Assembly (NCBI GenBank): GCA_035084275.1
Contig: CM068757.1
Span: 558,001 to 622,000 of the forward strand
From: Hydrolagus colliei
Taxonomy: Eukaryota
Direction: 5' to 3'
DNA: 64,000 bases
Shown here: positions 11,371-23,701 of the stretch, in pieces
How the letters are laid out: every line of letters starts with the position of its first letter
Position numbering within the stretch: the stretch's first letter is position 1
Notes under the pieces: generated by a model
What the model saw: the letters and a program-made list of their open reading frames with translations, nothing else
Database searches by the model: none
Told to the model about the DNA's origin: nothing
Position numbers and translations under genes: made by a program

Positions 11371-12637
11371 GTTAGGTGAACCCAACTAAAAGTCCTGCTT
11401 TCAGGCAACACACCATAGTACTGTACTGTACATTCAAACTAAAGTCTTAAAGTAACTTGGAAACATCCACTCTCCCACTTTCATCAACTCAGCACCTTTC
11501 TTCATTAACACAAGTACTCCAATATCACGATGCCATTAATTATACAGATAAAAGAAAATTATGCATTGTGATCCCTGTATATGGATTCTTCAATTAACTT
11601 AGCTGATTGCCACATCTGTTTAAATAATACATAAAGTTTTGCTGATTAAATTAAGCATGTAAAACCTACCACATTGGAGATAGAATAATAATATGATGAA
11701 TAATAGATCGCATTTCTTCTGGACAATGAATTTTTGCTGCAGTGTGAGAAACACAATTATTTGCAGGCAATAAATATTTCATTTGAAGGAAAAAAAACAC
11801 CTTTATGTTTCCTTGTATATTTTTGAATTGAAACAAGTACAGTTTGGTACTGTTGAACATATTAGACTCAGAAATAAAATAGAACAGGTGAAATGTGGAT
11901 TTCCTAAACCTGGAAGCTGGTGCATATGCTAATTATTTCTGATGGATGATCCTGAGCATCACTGCTGTACTCTATCTGCCGAATAAACTGAAATTCAATA
12001 TTTTGACATTTAGCACACGAGTTGTGATCAAAATATCACTTGAGTATAAGGTATATACTCACTCGATGTGGGACAAAGTGACAGGAAATATATATAGTGT
12101 GAATGGTGTGGCCTGTTGCAACAAATTATAAAATGGACAAGTAAGTGTTCTCCTATTTTAAGTACCGAGTTCAAAGCATGGGGTTGTGTCACAGGGAGGA
12201 AATCACTCATCAACAGATGTAAGGTAGCAAGTCAAATGTTTGAAGACAAAGGAGAATTTTGAAATTGCGGAGAATTCCTTTTGCACATCAATATGGAGAA
12301 AGAAACAGAACATTCAATTACAGCTAACATAGTGGCAGAAGTGGAGTACAATAGAAACTTGCAGTACACCAGGCGTTACTAACTCCCGTCAATATGTCTT
12401 GTAGCAACTTCTCCCGGCTGTGAAGAACACCCCTTTAACATTTCAAATGGATTTGGGATACTGTTTGTTTGGCTATTCGTCTTTAAAATGATGCCACATA
12501 AAATTGTACCACAATTACCTGTTATTACAGGGGAGTGAGTGTGTGTGTGCGTGCGCGCGTGGCTGCATGAAAAAATGATCACTTGAAAGGAAACGGTCTT
12601 CAAACTATAATTTGTTCCTCTTGTAGTATAATTTATC

Positions 12638-12643
12638 TTTATT
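12638..12643 (-). promoter_or_regulatory. Candidate IMMP1L polyadenylation signal
   Basis: AATAAA on the minus strand about 165 nt after the stop codon. Confidence 0.5.
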
Positions 12644-12807
12644 ATAAACAGTTCAAGTACAGTGCATTGTTTCACAGAAACCACTCACACTTTATCCACT
12701 TGCAAAGTGCTTGTCAACACTATGGTAGGAAAAGAACTGCTGGGCTTGTGATATGACAAACGGAGGAAAAAGTCTCTTTCACTAAAAAAAATCAAAATAT
12801 GCTTTGT

Positions 12808-12882
12808 CTACTTTGTTCTTTGGGAAAGAATTCGATCATTGGGGCTTTCTCGCAGAACACCAAACTCATGTAGAGGCCAAAT
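12808..12882 (-). CDS. IMMP1L: IMMP1L last coding exon
   Basis: ttacag|ATT TGG...TAG; IWPLHEFGVLRESPNDRILSQRTK*. Confidence 0.93.
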   Translation of the reverse strand: MWPLHEFGVLRESPNDRILSQRTK

Positions 12883-13023
12883 CTGTAAGGTAAAATTATT
12901 CATACTGTGAAGGCATATAGGAAATCTTGTGTAAATTTCTCTGAATGCATTTTTTGGACGAGGGAATGTACATGCTCGGACAATCAAACGCTATCCTGTA
13001 TGTCCGGAGCCGGAATGGTTTAC

Positions 13024-13134
13024 CTTGAAACATGCACGGCCCCGTATCAGTGCATAAGGAACTGGTCCATAGCTTCTGGAATCGGTAGAATTTTGGAGGT
13101 TGTCACCCTCCAGCCAAACGTGGCCTTTTGGTAC
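13024..13134 (-). CDS. IMMP1L: IMMP1L coding exon 4 (111 bp)
   Basis: tttag|GTA...AAG|gtaaac; [37 protein letters not shown], containing the peptidase S26 box E motif GDN..NS.DSR. Confidence 0.97.
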
Positions 13135-13228
13135 CTAAACCAAATAAGACAATTATGTAAAAAATATTGAACTGCATTGCAGTACGTGGAGAAAACGAGT
13201 CAATCCAAACACATTCACAAACACTACT

Positions 13229-13345
13229 GATAATAATAAGAATAATCCTTGCATTTGACTTAGCGGCTTTTCACATCTTATTGATGTCTCAAAGCGCTTC
13301 ACATAAGAGACTGTAAAGTGAATTGACTGTATATTTGTGGGCGAA
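13229..13345 (-). mobile_element. SINE 3' tail
   Basis: AATCCTTGCATTTG...TCTCAAAGCGCTTCAC...GAATTGACTGTATATTTGTGGGCG. Confidence 0.85.
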
Positions 13346-16300
13346 AGGTTTAAGGGAAGGTCACATGGCTGTTTAGCAGCCACTCTTCACAACGCCATTC
13401 TTTTGCAACCAGCAGAGAAGCCCACTGCAGTGATGGACTTCTGCACAGTTAGCAACCTCACTGCTGTCTATCACATGTGCACTGCAGGCAGATCAATGAC
13501 AGTGCTGTGTTCAAATCAACTGCACAATTGCAAAGAATATAGTAAAAAAAAATGACTCAGTGAGGAAAGCATGTTGGCACATTAAATACCAAGACATTAG
13601 GATTAGAGTACACAGAGGCAGTGGAGCCGTTCGCAATTGTATGAGCAATAACAGGTCACCAAGAGTGGTACTGAACAAACCTCTCGGGACAATCCTTGGG
13701 CCTATCCATTGTGCCAAATTTGGGAGGAAGGAAAGGGGTCATATCAGTCTTTCGGTACAGACAGAAATATTAAATGTTTTATAATATTAAATAAATATTA
13801 ACACAAGTAGCATGGTCAAATAAGATCCAAGCAGTTTGATTCAATCATGCATTAATGACCAGGGCATATTTCTGATGTGGAAGTAAGACAGAACAATATT
13901 TTGGCATCAGTTATGAACAGATCATTAACACATTCTAAGAGTTTTGTAATGTGATTAAGGCTAATTAAAGCATGATTAATGGAGCAGGATATGAAGCAAA
14001 GGGGAACAAGGTCATCTTCTACCCAGTTGGGACTGTCAAGATCATATCAAATTGATTTCAGAATTAACTCGATAATAAAGTTAGCAGTGGCAATGTTAAA
14101 CTTTACCAGTCAGTAAGCGCCATCAATATGCTCAACCAATTCTCTGCTATCCTCGCTCAATGCATGTGTAACTACACTTAAACAATGGGAGTTGTGCAGT
14201 AATGTAAATTGCAGGTCCTGGGCAATGTTTGATTTGAGTTGAAACTTTAGTAAACATTCTCTTAAACAAAAGCACTTCTTCTGCTTTTCATAAAATTCAG
14301 AAACTACTTCTCTCAGCAGTTCAGTTGGTCCTTCACATTTTGCTCATGACCCTTTGTTGGACTCTGCTGTTAAGTGTTACAATTAATGCAAGAATTCCAG
14401 TATCCAAATGTTGGATTTGACCCTAACGTCTTATTTCAGGGAATTAATAATAAGATTTGCATCATCATTCCATGTGCAAGACTGTGACATTGCCTAACAC
14501 TAGAATGTGTGACTGGACAAGAACATTGACCGGGGAAGCCAGATAGCATTCCTCATTGGCCCCAACATTTCGAGTGGTAAAATTAATGGGCATTCATTGC
14601 GTTTAAAACCGGAGATAGTCTGTGTTATTTTACAAAACAGCTTTAGAAAACAGCACTCAATCAACATTGTTTGCTGTTTTGAGTAAGAATGCTATTGTGG
14701 ACTATTTTAACCTTCCTAAAGTAAATTCTTGTCTGTGTTTATAAATAATTAACAGCCTACTGTACTACCGCATCGGCTCAGACAATGAGAATATGTCAAG
14801 AGTGCTTGCTCTGTCCCCTGTTCTACAAAAAGCTAGTTAATGATATAAAAAAAAATTCTGGATGAAGCTACAAGGGTTAGAGCAACATGACAAGGTCATT
14901 AATTTATTAGACTTCAAAAGGGGTTATTAGAATTTTCATGAAAGATCTGGCCTGCTGTCACAGCCACAGCAGGAACAGGGAGGCCATACAATGATCAGCG
15001 TCCTGGGGCCTGCACCAAGGCTAGACCTGCCAGTGGGCCTGTGAAGAACCAAATGGTAATTGATTGTGACATCAATTATGAATAATCTCATCACTTTATC
15101 AGAGTGGGCTTGTCAGAGCTCTAATTAAGCCCACGGTTCTCCGTACATGCATCAGGAACAACACATTATATTCTAATAATGGTCATCAAGAACCAGCTAA
15201 AGTCTCTTTTCATGTTCTGCAACTTAATGATCTAGACCTACAAATGACAAGAACCTCTAATTGCCTATATATGGTGTGTATTATCATTGTTACAAATCAG
15301 AGGTTAAATGCTGGAAAAAATTGAGTGATGAATAAGGTCTAAAGGGTACCTCCGTATGCAGTATTACACGGTAACCCTGGGCTCAAGGTATATGCACTAA
15401 ATAAGTCAGTTAATACGAATGCTGAAGCATGCAAAATGTTTCCTTTATATCATTGTGATAAGCAAACACCATTAGCAGTGCACATACATATTGATTGGCA
15501 GTAATGCAGTCTGTAAATACCCAGAAAATTAAGTTGTTATTCTATCTCTAGCAGCAGGTTTTCATTAGGTGATAAGTGGCCATTGATCTCTTTAGGATGG
15601 GGTCTATATTTCTGTAATAACAACAAGAGTATGGAAAGGCTACCCAATCATGCTAACATCACTGATCTTTCTATTGCAGTTAGGTTTCATACATCACATT
15701 ATAATGAGGTACAAGTGAAGACATTTAATTCTGTTTACTTTCTAATACAGCGTTCCATAAATCTCATGTTACCTGAGAAATATGACAAAGAATCAATTCT
15801 TATTAACCTACATGTTCAGCATTCAAATGAAAAATTACTACAGAGGTGCACTACATCAACAAAACAGCCCTTCAGATAAAATCAGCTAAAACTTTCAATT
15901 CAACAAAAATGATGCTTCTATGGAAAAGCAAACATGAAAAAGTTATAATTTTTAAAATCTATTAAGGAAACACTTGCGATGACCTTTGAGCTAATCTTGG
16001 CACATTTGGCTTGGTGAAATGTTAATGGACAGTCGAAACCTCATAGCCTTTTCCAAATATTGCTCCTGTTTTCTTCCCTTAACTTAGCACTTGTCTCACT
16101 ACAGGAACACATTTTTCAGTTCACTGCCAGCTACATTGCTGAACTTGCTCTGTTCACATGCAGGTTGTCCTCCCGAGAAAACAAAACAACCAAATATTTG
16201 CTAGTGTTACAATCCAGTTGATCAGTGTGCACGATAAACTGCTGTACATTGTTGTACTTACGTAGTTATCACCTCGAATTCCCAAGCTAAAATTTGAGTT

Positions 16301-19004
16301 TCTAACAACTTGGAAGAAAAATGTTCCTTTATTTTATTTTGCAGCCAACACAATCCTTTTTCTACCTTCATCAAAGAGCACAGATCATATTATCCTGACT
16401 GAAGTCCACACAGACACATGCACATTTCAGCAGAAGTCACTGGACATTAAAATGATCAGGAGTGAGAACACTGGCCTGATGGGCTACTTTTTCCTCCCAA
16501 CGAGAGAAAAATTCACCCCTGTGTTTCTAAGGAATTTATTTCTAATGAATACTGTATGTGTACAGCTTGCTTACTTCTACAGATTGTCCCCGAGATGGAG
16601 ATATCCGTGTTCACCATACCTAGCTGCTTGGAGATACAACCCATTGCCTATCCTAAAATTGAGGTCTTGTTGATGTGCAAAGCTCCATTAATCCAGCAAG
16701 TTAGTTTGAAAGATCTACAAAAAACCTACTTGAACATTTCCAACGGAGCAAACCCTGGTAATATAACTTGCAGTATTTTTGTTGGTAACTCAGTACGCAA
16801 GCTGTTTAACTGTCAAGACCAGTCAATACCAGAAAGGTTAAAGTTTGATGTCGAATGTCACACAGAATCCAGTGGAGATTGGTTTTATAACATCACTAGC
16901 TGTAGACAATGGGTTGTTGACAGAGATGAAATCTAGTTTTTCACATTGACCCCATGAATTGCATGGGGTTTTGTCCACATCATTTCAGCTGTGGATCATA
17001 AATATCCCACAGTTTTATAGCCAATATAATTTCTTAAAACTAAATTTCACAATATTTCAGAAGAAATTCTAAGAAAGTCTGAATCAGCAAAATCAATATA
17101 GCTGTTGTTGCACATTGTTGCATTTTTATTATATAAATCTTAATTAGAGGCAATTAGACGACTTAACTCAAAATGATCTCCACTTAGTGAAACTTACTTG
17201 GTAAATAATAGAAGGAACCGGTCAAGTTCCTCATTAAGGTGGCCCGGAATCTCCCAAGAAGTGGAGGTTTTTGACCCGACTGGCCTTAGTAAAAAAAAAT
17301 CTGGACATTTGCTGTGCTGACTGACACAATAGTAAGATGCGGTGAGAAGCCTACAACCAATGTCAAAAATCATCAGGAATTCCTGCAGAGCAGCTGATGG
17401 GATTTGACACATACATAGACAGGAAAAAAAAAAGTGAACCTAGACGACATCTTTACACATCTCAATCAACATTTCTTGTACCAGATCTCTGTCGCAGAGA
17501 TGTTGAGTTTCCTCTCCTTTTAAACTCTAACTTTTTCTTGCCTGTGTATATCTGTGTATCCATTTGGTAATAATGCAAATTTAATTTAAGTTTTCTGCAG
17601 ATCAAACACTTGTATCGAACAAGCTCAAGGGTAGACAACCAAAAAGTTTAGACCAAGCATTTCAGAGAAAAAGAACTTGAGAAACCTGAACTTTTTGAAA
17701 ATGAATTTATGGTGGCAAATGTTCAAACGACCCCTTTTCTCTTTAGGACTAGTTTCAGAAACATATTTCAATTTAAATGCTGGTCAAGTGTATTTGGGCA
17801 CCAAACTGTCAAATTTGCTATTCTCAACCAAATCCAATATTGATGCTGTGTATAGAAAGATGGTTTCATATCTTGTCAAGCCTGAAAAAATGTTGGTTCA
17901 GTTAAATTATCCATTGACCCATTTCAGTTTAAGTCTGGTGAAATCAATTTAACAAACATAGCCACCAATAGCTTAGATTACTAAATGTAACAGCAAAGAG
18001 CATTGGTTACCAAAATAATGACAACATGGTGAATAACTTCATTGCAATTGCTATTGCTAACAACAGAAGTGTGTTATTCGGTTAATTTTAACACAGCCAC
18101 AATTCCTTTTCATAGACGCTTTGCAAAGCTTATCCCATGGTTTCCATTTCAATATAACTGAAACTCAATAACCAGCCAAACGGGCCCTGGAACCCTAAAA
18201 CATAAACACTTCTGATCTCTTTTCACTTTTAGGGGAAATCAAAGGTAGAAAAATATTTCAGTTAGGGCACCCATTCTGTTCTTTAAACTTCAGCGAAACC
18301 TAATTTTGATGTGTAACAAAAGAAACAGTTCCCCTTTCTGCCTTATCCTTGCTGAGATCTTACAAAATGCCTTCATTGCTGGCTTCATGGCCACAAATGT
18401 GATTGCCTCATAGCCTGCGGGTGTTCATTTAACAAAGGAAAAGTTTTTTGGGGGAATAAACCACAGGTGCTACCTTTCTTGATTAAAGTGCAAAACAACG
18501 AAAGGAAGTAAAATATTATCCTGCAAAGGGTTGGCACTGTAATGAAATTCATGTCTTTGACTAACTAATTAAATGAGGACCACTAACCTCAAAGCATTAC
18601 TGTTACATTGCTGCAAAATGGACTGTCGTCTACTGTTACATTGCTGCAAATTTACTTTCCTAGAAGGATTGTGTTTCAAAGTTCAAACTACTTGTCATGA
18701 AGTACACAAATTAGTTTTCTTTAAAAGGATTCCTCCTTCCATTTATACACTTTTCTCCTTTATGTTTGTCTCCCCACGGACAAAATGGTAGGTGATCTGC
18801 TCCCAAGTCTCTTTGAATTTCAACAGAAACCTGCCCCTGGTAGTCTATCACTCTTAACTGTGGCCAATCACCAGATTTACATTGAAAAATAGCTTGGATC
18901 TCACCATCTGGTTTGCGGCCAGCTTGGGGTTTGAACTGAAATAGGTTTTGAATGATTTATCGAATTTTGAAGATGGTTCCAATAACTGTAATTAAGTGGG
19001 AATG

Positions 19005-19075
19005 TTAGTTTGTACAAGACACTGTTAAAGTATTGCTCTCAGTTTTGGGTGCTCCATTATGGAATGGACGTCAGC
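19005..19075 (+). mobile_element. CR1 ORF2 relic, 5' part (continues at 19565-19850)
   Basis: GTATTGCTCTCAGTTTTGGGTGCTCCATTAT resembles the CR1 'YC.QFW.PHY' coding segment. Confidence 0.5.
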
Positions 19076-19084
19076 TTCATGTGC

Positions 19085-19560
19085 GCCTGGGTCAGCACCT
19101 TTCAAATCAGGAGGATCTCCCAAGTAGCTGAATAATTGGACAATTTCGAATCCAAGCTGCGGGTCTGGGTCAGAGAGGGTGGGGAAAAAGAGTGACCAAA
19201 CTCATGATTGAAGAGAAGGGTCTTGAAGGAGGCACGTGAGGGGGTGAGGCGGAGGAATGCGGAATGGAGTTCCAGAGGGAAGGGCAGAGTGGCTGAAGGT
19301 CCATCCATCAATGGAAGTGGATGTGCGAGACGGTGGACGTGAAAGCAGGCTGTGCGGAAGTAGCAGGAAAATTGGAAGTGGTTTAGGAGGTCGCAGGTGC
19401 AGAAGGGAGCAAGGCCATGGAGGGCTTTGAAAGTGAGGACCAGGATCCTGAACTGTATCCTCTGTGTGATGGGGAGACAGTGGCATCAGGTGAAGGTGAT
19501 AGGGTCGCAGAGCCTGGTGTGGGAGAGGACACGGGCTGCAGAGTTGGAGGATTTAGTGTA
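19085..19560 (-). mobile_element. L2-clade LINE 3' end (ORF2 C-terminus plus tail)
   Basis: Minus strand translates NSAARVLSHTRLCDPITFT*CHCLPITQRIQFRILVLTFKALHGLAP and ...SFKTLLF, typical of the L2 ORF2 end; tail CTTGGGAGATCCTCCTGATTTGAAAGGTGCT. Confidence 0.8.
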
Positions 19561-19564
19561 AACT

Positions 19565-19850
19565 AAGGATGGAAGATACAGCAGAGATTTACTAAAATGA
19601 TGCCCGCCTCGAGAGGTTAATCAGTGATTGTCCAGCACCTTGGGACGTCCTCCTGACGTGAAAGGCGCTATACAAGTGTAATTTTTTTGTTGTTGTTATC
19701 GATGTGTAGAGAAGCCAGAAAGATTGGTGAAGTGACGGGAATAGTTCATTTTAGGTTTTCAATATTATAAAGTACATAGACAGATTATTATTTCTATTTA
19801 TTGCTAATTCAATAATAAAGGGTCATACATTGAGATATTATTAGATAAAA
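19565..19850 (+). mobile_element. CR1 ORF2 relic, 3' part, interrupted by an L2 tail at 19630-19697
   Basis: ATACAGCAGAGATTTACTAAAATGATGCCC ('QQRFTKMMP', cf. CR1 'QRRFTRMIP') and AAGGGTCATACATTG (cf. 'TRGH.L'); embedded GGGACGTCCTCCTGACGTGAAAGGCGCTATAC. Confidence 0.5.
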
Positions 19851-22800
19851 GATTAAATATTCAATAAGGAACCAACGTTTGAGGCAAATGCAAAAGCACC
19901 ATTAACTGAGCAAAAAAAAGTTACAATTTACTACCAAGATAAGTCTAAGGTGAGAAGTATGTTTGGTTTCTAAAGCAAACTAATCCCAACAATATTTTTT
20001 AATCTAACAGGCGAGTAGCGATGGATCCTATTACACTTACTGACAAGCAGTATATATGTACTACTTGTGTTAACCGATATCCACATCAACAAGCAATCTC
20101 AGCTATAAACACCACAGGCAGATGTTCTGTTTGACATAGACGACTGCTTCAGGGTTAAATGCTCTGGGTAAGCCTAGCTATTCCTCCCCCCACCCCATCC
20201 ATAAACTAACAGAGTGACATTTACCTTCATACACAATTATGTTAGTCATAGACTTCCAGGATGAATGGGCTGTGTCACCTCAGCAATGAACTCCACTTTA
20301 GCACAAGAGTAAACACATTTCTCCCACATCAGCGAATGCTAGGACATTAGCAGTTTGCTGTGATTGATTGTGAAGAAACCATTGCTGTGAAACACACGCG
20401 TCGCTCGGTCCTTTATCACTGTGAGTGGCAAGAGACGCAGTTCCTTATTTACAGATCCTGGGTGAATAAAGTGACATTATCTCGTTCTCCTCCTGTTTAA
20501 GTGACAAGTGGGTTTATTCTATCAACAGTTTATGATGCTGAGAGTATTTTAATCTGATGGCTCTGTGAACAGAGGAGGCAAAATAAACCAGAACCTTTGC
20601 AACCCAGAACATATGGCAAAGTGAGGCCTAAAGCTAATGTAAATTGTTTTAAAAGCAAAGGTAATGAAAGCAGTAGTTTTTAGACAAGAAACATTTTAAT
20701 TATAATCCTTGATTAAATATTAGTGCTTTCAAAGCCAATCATATAGCTAGCAATGAATGTTCAAATTACATATTAACCTGGTTTTGTTACTCCAGATGAC
20801 CCAAGGTTTAAATTTTACAGTCTATTTACTTGATTAAGTAGGACTTTAGGGCTGAAGGGTCATACAATTAGTGACCTACACCGTACAATTACATTGAAGA
20901 TTGCAGAAATAACTTGATGATCCCGACGCTCTTTTCTACTTTCTGTTCAAAATAATTCCCACTGGAAAAATATATTTGTGAATATATCTTTCACCTCAGC
21001 AGTGAATCCCCACCTACTCAGTTGTCACATGGCTTCAGTGGCTTGTGTTTCAAGGAGGAGCCAGGTGAATCCCAGAGCATCACCCAGAGTTTAATGGGGT
21101 ACTTCGGACAGACCTGCAAGCTCTCTCAGAACTACACAAGACCAGACACCACCATTGTAAGCGAATGTTACAATAATAAGCCTTGCATCCGATATATTCG
21201 TTTCTACTAAAGGATATATTTTATAATATAGATTCCTCATTCCCTACACTTTAGCCACAATTATAAGTTATTATATGTTATATGTGATCACTTATCATCA
21301 TTTTCAAAATCACTTCCCATGCAAAGAAATACAAGGAAAATATTTCAAATTGCTTACAATAGCAGATAACTGCTTAGCTTAATGCAATTGACTCTTTTGT
21401 TTTTTTTTAGTAACAAGTGTAGTCTAATACTGCAAATATTTTCTGAATAACAAATATAAATCGGCTCTCAGTAAAACACTCTAAACTATTTATCAGGATA
21501 TCCAAATTTACCGTTTACAACTTAATTGATGCCTCAAATTACTAAAAACTTGCATTTTACACCAACCTAATTGCCCTGATCCTTGCTGCTAGTTATGAAA
21601 TTCGAGTGCATGTGAAACATAGGTATATCGAGTGTCAGCAATTTGTTCAGCGCCAAAATTTATAAACCAACAGAACAATAAGCTCAAACGATCTGAGATA
21701 CCAAACATCCCTGAGAATAGCTTTCATTAGAAAATGGTTCTGCTCCAAATAGTCTGGAGGGCTAGAAATGCAAATGTAGCTCACATTGGTAAATTTAATA
21801 AGAACATTCTATTTTCCAAGAAAGCGTCATGACTTGGCAGAAATACATTCGTTACATTATATTTTTACCAACTGACACCGTGCATCCATTGTAGGTTATG
21901 CATCACATTCACCTTCAGTGGAAAAACAACTTATTTTTTACACTTCTTTTTCAATACTTTGGAAAACATTTTGTATTTATTGAAGTCAAGATTATCCAGG
22001 ATGGCCCTCTCTGTTGGAATGTGCACTGATTGAGTGTGGGTCACTTATACTGCAGGTCTCCTATGGATCTTCGCTGTGCCAGAAAGTGTAATAAACCTGG
22101 ATTCTGGTGCTGACTTCTCAGGCTAAATAAAGGCCACTCTTCAGGTTATGCTGCTGTGGTCAACTGCACACTGCAGTGAACTACAACAACCCAGAAGCAG
22201 GACAGCAAGGCAATTTTTTTTTCCACAGATCCTATTATAAATTCATGTTTTGGATATGAAACACTAGGTACTAATGCAGCTGCCCTGCACTGAAGTACGT
22301 ACATTAAAATTATGATTATTATCTGTTCTCTCAGCCGCAATTAAAGCTTTCAGCCTCTGGTATCTTACTGCATTTCATATATATTTATTGGAAATTACAA
22401 AACAAGGGTCCAGTGGGAGTATCTGGCCTGCAGGTGAAATTCAGTAGCTTACAGACCAGCCTGTGACAAACACTGATTAATTTACAGCATTTCATAAGGC
22501 AAACGCACATTATAGAATTATATGGTGTAAACCCATTTTAACATCTTTAGCAAGATGTCAATTATTGTAGTATACAAGATTGTTTGCATCCTCTCACTCA
22601 AAAATCCTACTAGATATGTAGCAATTCCTTCTCAGTCTTTGTTTATTTTATAAACGGAATCCTCGAATTCCAATTTTCTCAGCAATCACCATCCCACATC
22701 ATTCTTTATTCCCTGAGTGAAAAGACAGGTATTTCCACTACACCAGAAGAGAGCTCTAGCACACAATTATACACAAAGGAAGCCATGACCTAAGGTAATT

Positions 22801-23061
22801 TAAGCAGTAACTACTTCCCACGTAGATATCCTAGCCCATACCATGTTAGTTAAAGCACGGACAGAAGCATTGTATATCTTTTCACACTCTTTTTTGGTTT
22901 AACAGGTGGAGAAAGGCATAGCATCAAGGTAAAGACATAAACATACCGAGTGGATCATCTATTTGGATCTAAGTAACAAACCAAAGGAAGGACTGAAATA
23001 TGTGTGTTGTTGCAACCTCTGTTTCTATGTAATTGTTAAATCGCAGCATAAAGGTACTCAC

Positions 23062-23188
23062 ATATATGTGACTCCTAAATAGATCATGTGGGTCACTGGT
23101 GTACACTTCGTCTCCTTCCAGACCAATCAGTCTTTTGCAAATGCTCATCTTGGGGTTGTTTGGATTTTTAGCAATTATAATGTCACCT
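23062..23188 (-). CDS. IMMP1L: IMMP1L coding exon 3 (127 bp), catalytic Lys83
   Basis: ttctcag|A GGT GAC...TAT|gtgagt; (K)GDIIIAKNPNNPKMSICKRLIGLEGDEVYTSDPHDLFRSHIY. Confidence 0.97.
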
Positions 23189-23612
23189 CTGAGAACATAA
23201 TCCAAACAATATCAGCAACATATATTTATTCACAATTCACATGTGTTGTGCAGTCAGTTGTACAGTATCTTCCTTTAAAGGTGGTAGTGTACTGGGGATT
23301 GTGTGGTATTCTCTAAGTGTGTGACTGTCTTTATAAATGCAAAGTCGCAAGCTTTTGAAAATATTACTTTGTAAGGAAAATGCTAAATGCAGTACAGTTT
23401 ACTCTTTCCCAGTATATATTGAATTAAACAATAGAGCATTATATTTCCAACACAACTTATACAATTTATTTCCCTGCAACTTTTCAAATTTGAATAGGCC
23501 CATCAAAGGAATCTTCATGAATACTTAGTGATATGAAATATTCTGACGTCATTTTTTGAACTCTAGATAGCTATTTAGTGATAAAGAGATTTCTTACAAA
23601 CTGATAACTTAC

Positions 23613-23701
23613 TTGTCAATGCGGTAAAACTGTCGACTGAGTCTTTCACAGATAATTACATCATACGTCTTAATTGTAGGCTCCATGGAGGGGCCAGAGC
23701 A
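23613..23701 (-). CDS. IMMP1L: IMMP1L coding exon 2 (89 bp), catalytic Ser40
   Basis: ttccag|TGC TCT GGC CCC TCC ATG...GAC AA|gtaagt; CSGPSMEPTIKTYDVIICERLSRQFYRID(K). Confidence 0.97.

Noticed and set aside
16949-16973. Hairpin plus T run resembling an intrinsic terminator
   Set aside because: Vertebrate intron; short hairpins like this arise by chance
17194-17412. Possible cryptic minus-strand IMMP1L exon ending in CAA|gtaagt
   Set aside because: Coding exons 3 and 4 already join to give a complete, conserved protein; the acceptor is ambiguous and the peptide shows no homology
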